Source: Chloroflexota bacterium
GTDB taxonomy: Bacteria > Chloroflexota > Dehalococcoidia > GIF9 > AB-539-J10
Assembly: GCA_013388845.1 (NCBI GenBank)
Contig: JACAEN010000026.1
Coordinates: 101,328-165,327 of the forward strand
Direction: 5' to 3'
Length of the DNA stretch: 64,000 nt
This document shows, piece by piece, positions 39,427 through 48,011 of this stretch. The first letter of the stretch is position 1, and the number at the start of each line of letters is the position of its first letter. Under the pieces are notes generated by a model. The model was not told the DNA's origin and ran no database searches. It saw only the letters and a list, made by a program, of their open reading frames with translations. Both the position numbers and the translations under genes were made by a program.

Positions 39427-40185
39427 ATGAAGGAAAAGGAAATCAAAAAAGTGGTGAAGAGTAGATATGCTCGGATAGCTAAGCAAGACCAAGAAACCTG
39501 TTGCCCGAGCTGTGGATTGGGTATCAGTCCTCTGGTGCAAGCTGAAGCTATCGGATACTCCAAGGAGGATTTAAGCCGTATTCCGAAAGAGGCGATTATG
39601 AGGTTGGGGTGTGGCAATCCCAGTGCAATAGCAGAGCTAAAAACGGGTGAGGTGGTTCTGGATTTAGGTTCAGGAGCCGGGGTAGATGTGTTCTTGGCAG
39701 CTAACAAAGTTGGTCCGACTGGCAAGGTTATCGGGGTGGATATGACGAAAGAGATGGTGAATAAGGCAGGGCAAATCGCTAGGAAATACGGTTACGGTAA
39801 CGCGGAGTTTCGCTTGGGGGAAATTGAGAGGCTCCCTCTGGAGGATGAATCTGTGGATGCCATTATCAGCAACTGTGTTATCAATCTTTCCCCGGATAAG
39901 TCAAGAGTCTTCAAGGAAGCCTATCGGGTATTGAAGTCTGGAGGAAGGCTCATCGTTTCTGATATTGTGTCGGAGGGTGCCATTCCTGACCAAATAAAGA
40001 CTGACGCGGATGCCTGGGCATGTTGTATCGGCGGGGCTTTAGAGCAGCAGGAGTATTTGGAAAAGATAAAGGAAGCTGGCTTTAGGAATGTGCAGGTGAT
40101 GTCCAGAAAAGAGTTCTATGTAGAAGGCGAGGCAAGCCAAACGCTGGGGAAGCTTCTGAGCATTATCGTGAAGGCATACAAGTGA
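39427..40185 (+). CDS. arsM: ArsM-like SAM-dependent methyltransferase (arsenite methyltransferase family)
   Basis: SAM motif VLDLGSGAG. Conserved Cys positions are CCPSCG, LGCGNP, SNCVINL and WACCIGG. Confidence 0.7.
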   Translation: MKEKEIKKVVKSRYARIAKQDQETCCPSCGLGISPLVQAEAIGYSKEDLSRIPKEAIMRLGCGNPSAIAELKTGEVVLDLGSGAGVDVFLAANKVGPTGKVIGVDMTKEMVNKAGQIARKYGYGNAEFRLGEIERLPLEDESVDAIISNCVINLSPDKSRVFKEAYRVLKSGGRLIVSDIVSEGAIPDQIKTDADAWACCIGGALEQQEYLEKIKEAGFRNVQVMSRKEFYVEGEASQTLGKLLSIIVKAYK

Positions 40186-40201
40186 GGAAATAAGCCGCAA
40201 T

Positions 40202-41194
40202 ATGCTGCAGTATTTAATAGTATTTAAGGAATATCTCATTGAGGTATTGCCCTTCCTGGCGATAGGGTTTCTCCTCAGTGGTTTAATTCATGAATTTGTG
40301 CCGACAAGGTGGGTGGAGAGGCATCTCGGTGGAGGGGGTGTGAAGCCAATCCTTTATTCCACCCTAGTGGGGACAATCCTTCCTCTGTGCTGTTTCGGCT
40401 CGCTGCCGGTGGCGGTGAGCTTGCGTCAAAAAGGGGCGACGCTGGGATCAGTTCTAGCCTTTCTGGTGGCAACGCCCGCTACCTCTATAAGTGCCCTTCT
40501 GGTGGCTTACGGTCTCCTGGGACTAAAGTTTACTATATTCATCTTCTTTGCCGTAATAGCCATGGGTTTAGTCATGGGATTGGTGGGAAATGCTATCGGA
40601 GGCAAAGCCAAAGTCTTTGTTCCCCCAGCGGGGGAAGCTCTCGACCCGGTTTGTGGGATGACTGTCCAGGTGGAGAAAGCGGCTAAAACCGAATATGGTG
40701 GGGAAACCTATTACTTTTGCTGTTCCCACTGCCAGCAAGCCTTTGAAGGTAGTCCCAAGGAATATATAGGAGGCTCCCGGCAAATTGGTCACCGAGTAAA
40801 GCATGTATTCAGGTATGCCTTTGTGGATATGGTCAAGGAGATTGGTCCGGAGTTACTTCTGGGACTGGCTCTGGCAGCTCTGGTGGCGGCGGTAGCCCCG
40901 GTGGGTGAGTTCGTGGGCGCTCATTTTGGTGGGGGATGGGGGTATCTTTTCGCCTTGGGCTTTGGCTTAGTTATGTATATCTGCTCCACAGCCAGCGTTC
41001 CCCTGGTGCACGCTTTTGTGACGCAAGGAATGAATGTGGGCGCGGGAATGGTGCTACTCTTGGTGGGTCCGATTACGAGTTGGGGCACTATCCTGGTTAT
41101 GAGAAAGGAATTCGGGGGCAGGATTCTGGCCGTTTACTTGGCGGTCGTCTGTGCGATGTCTCTGGGTCTGGGCTATTGCTTCTCGCTGATATAG
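40202..41194 (+). CDS. DUF318/ArsP-like permease with embedded YHS/TRASH metal-binding domain
   Basis: Multi-TM protein with an LPLCCFGSLP motif and an internal soluble insert DPVCGMTV…YYFCCSHCQQAF (YHS-type). Confidence 0.6.
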   Translation: MLQYLIVFKEYLIEVLPFLAIGFLLSGLIHEFVPTRWVERHLGGGGVKPILYSTLVGTILPLCCFGSLPVAVSLRQKGATLGSVLAFLVATPATSISALLVAYGLLGLKFTIFIFFAVIAMGLVMGLVGNAIGGKAKVFVPPAGEALDPVCGMTVQVEKAAKTEYGGETYYFCCSHCQQAFEGSPKEYIGGSRQIGHRVKHVFRYAFVDMVKEIGPELLLGLALAALVAAVAPVGEFVGAHFGGGWGYLFALGFGLVMYICSTASVPLVHAFVTQGMNVGAGMVLLLVGPITSWGTILVMRKEFGGRILAVYLAVVCAMSLGLGYCFSLI

Positions 41195-41289
41195 TGGCAT
41201 AAGAAAGGCTGTCTGCCAATTGTGTATAATAAGGTCACGTGATTTAGGATGGGGCTAACGAGCTTTAAAAGAGAAAGGAGGGATAGATT

Positions 41290-41445
41290 ATGAAAATTGT
41301 CAGCTTATGTTCTAAAGGCTCATGTTGTCCGGTAGTCAAAATCACAGATGAACATGTGGAAATAGGAGAGAAGGGCAACACCTGTGTCCTTACAAAGGAG
41401 CAATGGGAAGCCCTTAAAGAGAAGATACTCAAGAAAGAGCTATAA
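41290..41445 (+). CDS. Small Cys-rich protein (51 aa)
   Basis: Strong RBS AAAGGAGGG 7 nt upstream of the ATG. MKIVSLCSKGSCCPVVKITDEHVEIGEKGNTCVLTKEQWEALKEKILKKEL. Not in the supplied ORF track because it is under 60 aa. Confidence 0.35.
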   Translation: MKIVSLCSKGSCCPVVKITDEHVEIGEKGNTCVLTKEQWEALKEKILKKEL

Positions 41446-41575
41446 AACGGGAAACCCGAATAAAGCTGATAGCCCCACCCGCTCCGCGAAAACGCACAGG
41501 ATAAAGGAATTTGGTTTGATTATTTTGCAATTTTGGTATGCCAGAGAATAAGGGTTGAAAGATAAAGGTCGGCAC

Positions 41576-42316
41576 ATGTTAACGAAGGACGATTTGATTA
41601 GATACGGACGCCAGATTTTGTATACAGACTTTGGCCAAGAAGGACAGAAAAAACTCAAGCAGTCCAAAGTAGTGGTAGCCGGGCTTGGTGGGCTGGGATG
41701 CTCTGCTGCTCTGTATCTCACGTGTGCCGGCATAGGCTGTATCACCCTGATAGACTGTGACCGTGTGGAACTCTCCAATTTGAACCGCCAGGTTCTGCAT
41801 TATGAGGAAGATATTGGAGAGGGGAAGCCCTTCTCGGCAGCAAGGAAGCTGACTAACTTAAACTCTTCAATGGAGGTTACACCTGTTTTCAAAAAGATTA
41901 CTGAACGTAATGCTCGGGAGCTTATAAAGGGAGCAAATTTGGTAATAGATGGGATGGACGATTTTAGGACCAGATCTATTATTAATAAGGCGTGTGTTGC
42001 CGAAGGAATACCCTTCGTCCATGGGGGTGTTCATGGGCTCTTTGGTGAGGTCACTACCATACTCCCGGGGAGGACGCCCTGTCTGGCGTGTATTTTCCCC
42101 GAAGTTCCCCGCAGGAGAAGCGCGGTCCCTGTTTTTGGTGTAACCCCGGCTTTAGTTGCCATCTTGCAGGTGACGGAAGCGATTAAACTTCTGGCCGGGT
42201 TCGGGCGTTTGCTGACAGGGAAGATGTTGTATTTCAACGGTGAAACGATGGAGTTCACATTCTGCAAACTGGCGAGAAACCCGGATTGCCAAGTGTGCGG
42301 GACAAAGGAGGTCTGA
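41576..42316 (+). CDS. E1-like MoeB/ThiF-family adenylyltransferase, copy 2
   Basis: …RQIL…GQKKL…VVVAGLGGLGC… and the CxxC…CxxC zinc site (…CLAC…CQVC). A TTG at 41555 is an alternative start. Confidence 0.8.
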   Translation: MLTKDDLIRYGRQILYTDFGQEGQKKLKQSKVVVAGLGGLGCSAALYLTCAGIGCITLIDCDRVELSNLNRQVLHYEEDIGEGKPFSAARKLTNLNSSMEVTPVFKKITERNARELIKGANLVIDGMDDFRTRSIINKACVAEGIPFVHGGVHGLFGEVTTILPGRTPCLACIFPEVPRRRSAVPVFGVTPALVAILQVTEAIKLLAGFGRLLTGKMLYFNGETMEFTFCKLARNPDCQVCGTKEV

Positions 42317-42320
42317 AAGA

Positions 42321-42593
42321 ATGAGTATGACGATAAGGCTTCATCCATTTCTGCAACACCTTACTGGCGGGCAAGAGGTGGTGGAGGTGGCGGGGCGCAC
42401 CACTGGTGAATGTATTGAGAACTTGGAAAGTCGTTTCCCGGGTATCAGACAGCAGATTCGTGATAAGAAAGGGCAGCTGCGTCCTTATTGTGAAATTCTT
42501 CTTAACTCCGAATCCACTTATCCTAACGAGCTAACTACCACGGTGAAAGACGGAGACCTGATTGACATTTTGTTTATCGTTACTGGAGGGTAA
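42321..42593 (+). CDS. MoaD/ThiS-like sulfur carrier ending in Gly-Gly
   Basis: RBS AAAGGAGG. MSMTIRLHPFLQHLTGGQEVVEV…DGDLIDILFIVTGG*. Confidence 0.65.
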   Translation: MSMTIRLHPFLQHLTGGQEVVEVAGRTTGECIENLESRFPGIRQQIRDKKGQLRPYCEILLNSESTYPNELTTTVKDGDLIDILFIVTGG

Positions 42594-42617
42594 TGGCAGG
42601 ATAAAACTGGTGACTGC

Positions 42618-43061
42618 ATGGCTAAAATAATCGCCGTTTGTAGCAGTAAAGAAAAAGGTACCAAAAAGGAAGCCCTAGTCGAAGGTATCCTTAAGGAAGG
42701 CTACGGCCTAGTTGGCGATGCCCATGCTGACTGCTGTACGCATCGGCAAGTGAGCCTATTGGCGATGGAGAGTATCGATAAGATGAGAAAGTTGGGTTTC
42801 GAGGTAAGTCCTGGAGATTTTGCTGAAAATCTTACCACCCAAGGGGTAGAACTTGTCTCTCTGCCTGTAGGCACAAGGATCTCCATTGGACAGGACGTCC
42901 TTCTTGAGGTCACCCAGATTGGCAAGCAGTGCCACAACGGGTGTGCCATTTATCGGCAAATAGGCAAATGCGTCATGCCTAAGGAAGGGGTATTTGTCAA
43001 GGTAGTTCGCGGCGGCTTTGTCAGGGCTGGAGACCGGGTAAGGATAGAAAAAAATGGATAA
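42618..43061 (+). CDS. MOSC-domain protein
   Basis: MOSC beta-barrel pattern with a conserved Cys (…GKQCHNGC…). Confidence 0.65.
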   Translation: MAKIIAVCSSKEKGTKKEALVEGILKEGYGLVGDAHADCCTHRQVSLLAMESIDKMRKLGFEVSPGDFAENLTTQGVELVSLPVGTRISIGQDVLLEVTQIGKQCHNGCAIYRQIGKCVMPKEGVFVKVVRGGFVRAGDRVRIEKNG

Positions 43062-43845
43062 CGAGACAGAAAAATTTTCTATATTGAAGCTCACTGAAAA
43101 GGGGAGCAGCAGCATTGAAGCTGAAGTGGCCAGAGAGGTTCCCCTTACCATCATTTTAAATAACCAGGAATTGGTAACTTTGCTCTGTTCCCCCACAGAT
43201 TCGAAGTATTTGGCTGTCGGCTTTCTTTCCTCCGAAGGGTTCCTGAGAAACAAGGATGAAATCAAAAGGATAATGGTTGATAGCGAGAGGGGTGTGGTTC
43301 GGCTGGAAACTGTAGAAGATAAAGAATTTACGAAAGATGTCTTGTTCAAACGGATCATATCTTCGGGGTGTGGCAGAGGGGCTTCTTTCTATAGTGCCGC
43401 CGATGCCACCAGTCAAAAGGTGCAGTCACAGATGAAAATATTGGCTGATGAAATCTTTGTGCTGGTAAATGAATTTCAACACAGCTCTGAGGTCTATCTG
43501 GCAACGCACGGGGTTCATAGTGCTGCTCTGTGCGATAACAAAAGCGTTCTCGTTTTTAGTAATGATATCGGGCGGCATAACGCTATCGACAAAATCTTTG
43601 GGAAGTGCCTACTCGAGGACATACCCACCAACGACCGAGTGATAATAACCAGTGGCAGAATTTCCTCAGAGATATTACATAAAGTGGCCAAACGGGGTAT
43701 ACCTATAATAATCTCTATATCCGCACCGACTAGCCTCGGGGTGAAGATAGCGGATAATTTGGGCATCACTTTAGTCGCCTCTGTCAGGGGGAGGAGGATG
43801 AATGTCTACACCCATGGATGGAGGATAACACCGGATGGAAAGTAA
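43054..43845 (+). CDS. fdhD: FdhD-family sulfurtransferase
   Basis: Conserved SGCG loop (RIISSGCGRG), …IGRHNAIDK…. Confidence 0.8.
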   Translation: MDNETEKFSILKLTEKGSSSIEAEVAREVPLTIILNNQELVTLLCSPTDSKYLAVGFLSSEGFLRNKDEIKRIMVDSERGVVRLETVEDKEFTKDVLFKRIISSGCGRGASFYSAADATSQKVQSQMKILADEIFVLVNEFQHSSEVYLATHGVHSAALCDNKSVLVFSNDIGRHNAIDKIFGKCLLEDIPTNDRVIITSGRISSEILHKVAKRGIPIIISISAPTSLGVKIADNLGITLVASVRGRRMNVYTHGWRITPDGK

Positions 43846-44749
43846 GAATGCTGACCTGATAGAGAAAATCCTAGACCTGAAGAAAACAAGGAACGCGGTT
43901 ATCCTGGCCCATAACTACCAGTTGGGTGAGGTTCAGGATATAGCCGACTTTGTCGGCGATTCTTTAGAGCTAAGCCAAAATGCTGCCAAAACCAATGCCG
44001 GTGTAATCGTGTTCTGCGGAGTTCACTTCATGGCGGAGACAGCCTCCATCCTCTGTCCTGATAAAGTGGTCTTGCTTCCTGATATGAACGCTGGCTGCCC
44101 CATGGCAGATATGATTACCGCCGAACGCTTGCGGGCGAAGAAAAAGGAACATCCCCAAGCAGTGGTGGTCTGTTACATCAACTCCTCAGCCGAAGTCAAG
44201 GCAGAATCAGATATTTGCTGCACCTCTGCCAATGCAATCAAAGTCATAGAAAGCCTGGATGCTCGGGAGATACTTTTTATCCCCGACCAGTATCTCGGGC
44301 ATTACATCTCCGCCAAGACAGGCAGAAAGATGATTCTCTGGCCCGGCTTCTGTCCCACTCATGTCAGGATAAGGCCTGAAAGGATAAAGGAGTTGAAGAG
44401 GGAATATCCTCAAGCCAAGGTGGTAGTGCATCCAGAGTGCACGCCAGAGGTTATTGCTCTGGCTGACGAGGTATTCAGCACCAGCGGCATGTGCCGATAT
44501 GCCCGACGAAATGAGGTCAGGGAGATGGTCGTGGGCACAGAGATTGGCATCATACACCGACTCAAAAAAGAGAATCCTGGTAAGAGGTTTATTCCTGTTT
44601 CCGAGCAGGCAATATGTCCCAACATGAAGTTGATTACCCTGGAGAAAGTTTTGTGGTCTCTGGAGGAGATGAATCCTGAGGTCAAGGTTCCTGAAGGGGT
44701 TCGGGTCAGGGCCAAAGCTGCCGTGGATAAAATGCTCCAGATAAGCTAA
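43835..44749 (+). CDS. nadA: Quinolinate synthase A
   Basis: …AVILAHNYQ…FCGVHFMAET… and the three Fe-S Cys residues. Confidence 0.85.
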   Translation: MESKNADLIEKILDLKKTRNAVILAHNYQLGEVQDIADFVGDSLELSQNAAKTNAGVIVFCGVHFMAETASILCPDKVVLLPDMNAGCPMADMITAERLRAKKKEHPQAVVVCYINSSAEVKAESDICCTSANAIKVIESLDAREILFIPDQYLGHYISAKTGRKMILWPGFCPTHVRIRPERIKELKREYPQAKVVVHPECTPEVIALADEVFSTSGMCRYARRNEVREMVVGTEIGIIHRLKKENPGKRFIPVSEQAICPNMKLITLEKVLWSLEEMNPEVKVPEGVRVRAKAAVDKMLQIS

Positions 44750-44754
44750 GGAGT

Positions 44755-45078
44755 ATGAAAAAAACAGAAAAATTAGTCATTCTTATCACTACCAGCAGCG
44801 AGGAAGAAGCTCGTAAGATTGCGGAGTCGCTGGTCAATCATAAAAAGGCTGCCTGTGTAAACATTGTGCCCAGGGTGGATTCGCTTTTCTGGTGGAAGGG
44901 CGAGCTTGAGTCAGCCCAGGAGGGTCTCTTGCTGGTTAAAACCAAGGCCTCGCTGTTTCCTGAGGTAGTGGAGCTAGTAAAAAGAATGCACAGTTATGAA
45001 GTGCCGGAAATCATCGCCCTGCCGATTATCGCTGGCAGCGACGATTATCTCAAGTGGCTAGACAATACTTGTCAATAA
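44755..45078 (+). CDS. cutA: CutA1 divalent-cation tolerance protein
   Basis: …LVILITTSSEEEARKIAESLVNHKKAACVNI…HSYEVPEIIALPI…. Confidence 0.8.
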   Translation: MKKTEKLVILITTSSEEEARKIAESLVNHKKAACVNIVPRVDSLFWWKGELESAQEGLLLVKTKASLFPEVVELVKRMHSYEVPEIIALPIIAGSDDYLKWLDNTCQ

Positions 45079-45138
45079 CGGTATACTAGCACGTCTTCGA
45101 AGCTGCCGCTTGATGAGCCAGATGGAGGCTAACTAAGG

Positions 45139-45918
45139 ATGGATGAAGTTGTTATTTCCCGTGCCATTGTGGAAAGCTACCTGAAAGACTTCATGGGGGC
45201 GACGGAGGTGGATGTGGCTGTAGCTGGGGCAGGGCCATCCGGGCTGGTCACTGCCTACTATTTGGCCAGGGAAGGAATAAAGGTAGCGGTATTTGAGAAG
45301 ATGCTTCATATTGGGGGCGGTATGCCTGGAGGAGGTATGATGTTTAACCGCATCGTCCTTCAGGAGGAAGGCAAGCGGATGCTAGACGAATTTGGCGTAT
45401 CAGCTAAGGAATATAAAAAGGGGTATTATGTTGCCGATTCGCTGGAGGCTATTTCCACTATCTGCTCGAAGGCGATAAAAGCCGGTGCAAAAGTCTTCAA
45501 TTTGATTAGTGTTGAAGACGTCATGGTTCGGGAAGATGACAGGGTAACCGGGTTTGTTTTGAATTGGAGCGCAGTTTCTTGGTCCAAGCTCCATGTGGAC
45601 CCTCTAACTGTAAGGTGCAAGGTGGCTGTAGATGCCACTGGGCATGATGCCGAAGTCTGTCGTATCGTGGTAAGGAAGATAGGTCCGAAGTTAAGGACGA
45701 AAACGGGTGATGTGATGGGGGAGAAGCCTATGTGGGCTGAGAAAGGGGAAAAGGAAATATTGAAAAATACCAGAGAGGTTTATCCCGGGTTAGTAGTTGC
45801 CGGCATGACTGCCAACAGCGTTTTTGGTTCCCCGAGGATGGGAGCTATTTTCGGGGGCATGCTGTTATCCGGTAAAAAGGCAGCCCGGGTAGCTATGGAG
45901 CTCCTTAAGCAAGGTTAA
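45139..45918 (+). CDS. thi4: Thi4-family thiazole synthase, paralog 2 (His at the putative sulfur-donor position: …KLHVDP…)
   Basis: VAVAGAGPSGL, …VAVDATGHDAEV…. Full-length Thi4 alignment, closest to the archaeal type. Confidence 0.8.
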   Translation: MDEVVISRAIVESYLKDFMGATEVDVAVAGAGPSGLVTAYYLAREGIKVAVFEKMLHIGGGMPGGGMMFNRIVLQEEGKRMLDEFGVSAKEYKKGYYVADSLEAISTICSKAIKAGAKVFNLISVEDVMVREDDRVTGFVLNWSAVSWSKLHVDPLTVRCKVAVDATGHDAEVCRIVVRKIGPKLRTKTGDVMGEKPMWAEKGEKEILKNTREVYPGLVVAGMTANSVFGSPRMGAIFGGMLLSGKKAARVAMELLKQG

Positions 45919-46033
45919 ATTTGCTATGTCAAAGGGAATTTAATTGTCACCCTGAACGATAGTGAAGGGTCTGTAGATTCTTCGCCCCGACTTGTCGGGG
46001 CTCAGAATGACAAGAATGATTGTGAGAATTGCT

Positions 46034-47236
46034 ATGGCCAAGACGATAGCGGAAATCAACGAGAAAATCAGAAAAGGTAAGGCTGTGGTGGTAACTGCTG
46101 AGGAAGTGATTGACATCGCTAAAGAAAAGGGCGTGAAGAGAGCAGCCGAGGAAATTGACGTCGTTACTACAGGCACCTTCAGCCCTATGTGCGGGTCTGG
46201 TGCCTTCCTTAATATTGGGCATTCCAAACCGAGGATCAAGCTGGGTGGTGGCAAGGTTTACCTTAATGATATTCCGGTCTATACCGGCATGGCTGCTGTG
46301 GATATTTTCCTCGGAGCCACTGCCCTTCCTGATGATGACCCCAGGAATAAATTTTATCCCGGGGAGTTCAATTATGGTGGTGGGCATGTAATTGAGGAAC
46401 TGATAGCAGGGAAGGATATAAGGCTTACGGCTGCGGCTTACGGGACGGACTGCTATCCACGGAAAAAGTTGGAGACGCTGATTAACATTAAGGACATAAA
46501 TGAGGCCATTCTATTTAATATCAGGAATGCCTATCAGAACTATAATGTGGCAGTGAACCTCTCCGATAAGGTTATCTATACCTATATGGGGGTGCTCAAG
46601 TCGAATCTGGGAAATGCTAACTACTGCAGTGCTGGGCAACTCTCACCGCTGTTGAATGACCCTTACTATAAGACCATAGGTGTGGGGACGAAGATTTTCC
46701 TGGGTGGTGGCATAGGTTATGTGGCCTGGCATGGCACCCAGCATAATCCTACTGCTCTCAGAGGAGACAATGGGGTGCCACGGCGGGGAGCGGGGACGCT
46801 GGCTGTGATTGGAGATTTGAAGCAGATGAAGATGGGGTGGTTGGTGGGGACAAGCATGCTGGGCTATGGTGCCACATTAACTGTGGGTATAGGTGTCCCA
46901 ATACCCATACTTTCCGAAGAGATTCTGCGCTACACTTTGGTAACCGATGCTGACATCTTGGCACCGGTGGTGGACTATTCCGAGGCTTATCCCCAGATGA
47001 AGCCAGATATTCTGGGAGAGGTTAGCTATGCTGAACTGAAGAGTGGTCACATAAAGGTTCAGGGAAAGGATGTGCCCACAGCTTCTTTGTCTAGCTATCC
47101 TAAAGCGGTGGAAATTGCTAATATCTTGAAAAAGTGGATAGAAAGGGGCGAGTTTTTGCTTACCGAGCCCGTGGCTCCATTGCCAGGGATAGAATCAGGC
47201 ATAACATTCAAGCCACTCAAAGAGAGACCAATATGA
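46034..47236 (+). CDS. COG1900/DUF39 homocysteine-biosynthesis protein (homolog of methanogen MA1821)
   Basis: MAKTIAEINEKIRKGKAVVVTAEEV… and conserved Cys-containing segments. A NIL-ferredoxin gene lies immediately downstream. Confidence 0.75.
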   Translation: MAKTIAEINEKIRKGKAVVVTAEEVIDIAKEKGVKRAAEEIDVVTTGTFSPMCGSGAFLNIGHSKPRIKLGGGKVYLNDIPVYTGMAAVDIFLGATALPDDDPRNKFYPGEFNYGGGHVIEELIAGKDIRLTAAAYGTDCYPRKKLETLINIKDINEAILFNIRNAYQNYNVAVNLSDKVIYTYMGVLKSNLGNANYCSAGQLSPLLNDPYYKTIGVGTKIFLGGGIGYVAWHGTQHNPTALRGDNGVPRRGAGTLAVIGDLKQMKMGWLVGTSMLGYGATLTVGIGVPIPILSEEILRYTLVTDADILAPVVDYSEAYPQMKPDILGEVSYAELKSGHIKVQGKDVPTASLSSYPKAVEIANILKKWIERGEFLLTEPVAPLPGIESGITFKPLKERPI

Positions 47237-47444
47237 TGCATAAACTCTAAATCCCAAGCACCAAATCCTAAAAGAAAATTAAAAGGCAAAAGTAAAAATG
47301 CAAAGTGACAGGGCAAAACTTAACAATCATTTTAGTAAAGCCTTTTTGCATGTTGAAGTGTAATTTTAATTTTTTGTCTTTGATTTTTGATATTTGTTAG
47401 GATTTGTTTAGGATTTAGAAATTGGAGGTTAGGATTTTATAGAG
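47237..47444. repeat. AT-rich intergenic repeat element, copy A
   Basis: Core gcaaaagtaaaaatgcaaagtgacagggcaaaac plus the terminal motif gatttgtttaggatttaga. The 5' end carries the inverse motif ctctaaatccc…aaatcctaaa. Confidence 0.6.
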
Positions 47445-47855
47445 ATGAATGTTTCTAGAAGAATAGTGCTTCACTTTCCGCCTAATATAACAGGGCAGCC
47501 GGTCGTTTACCGCCTGGTTAAAGATTTTGGTCTCACCTTTAACATCCTCAAAGCTTCGGTATCACCAGGGCAGGAAGGACTGCTGGTAATGGAGCTGAGC
47601 GGTGAGCAGAAGAACTACGACAAAGGCATCAAATACCTCACCGAGGCTGGGGTGGAAATCCAGTCCTTGAGCCAGGACGTCGTCCGCGATGAATCCCAGT
47701 GCACTCATTGTGGAGCTTGTATCACTATTTGCCCCACTGAGGCTTTCTCTCTGGAGCCCAAAACCAGGAAAGTGCTCTTTGACCATAATAAGTGCGTTGT
47801 CTGCGGACTGTGTGTTAAGGCTTGCCCGCCTCGAGCGATGATACTGTATTTCTGA
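47445..47855 (+). CDS. NIL domain–4Fe-4S ferredoxin fusion (homolog of methanogen MA1822)
   Basis: N-terminal NIL domain plus two CxxCxxCxxxCP motifs (CTHCGACITICP, CVVCGLCVKACP). Confidence 0.75.
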   Translation: MNVSRRIVLHFPPNITGQPVVYRLVKDFGLTFNILKASVSPGQEGLLVMELSGEQKNYDKGIKYLTEAGVEIQSLSQDVVRDESQCTHCGACITICPTEAFSLEPKTRKVLFDHNKCVVCGLCVKACPPRAMILYF

Positions 47856-48011
47856 CCGCAGAAATTCAAAAATCAAAGGTCAAAAATAAAAATGAGAAAT
47901 CAAAACGCAACAATTTTTGACTTTTGTTCTGTCACTTTGCATTTTTCTTTTTGCATTTTGCATTCTGAAGGAATTTGTTTAGGATTTAGAGATTAGATTT
48001 TATATCTGACC
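47856..48011. repeat. AT-rich intergenic repeat element, copy B (core in inverted orientation relative to A)
   Basis: gttctgtcactttgcatttttctttttgc is the reverse complement of copy A's gcaaaaagaaaaatgcaaagtgacagaac-type core. It ends in ggaatttgtttaggatttagagattagatttta. Confidence 0.6.
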
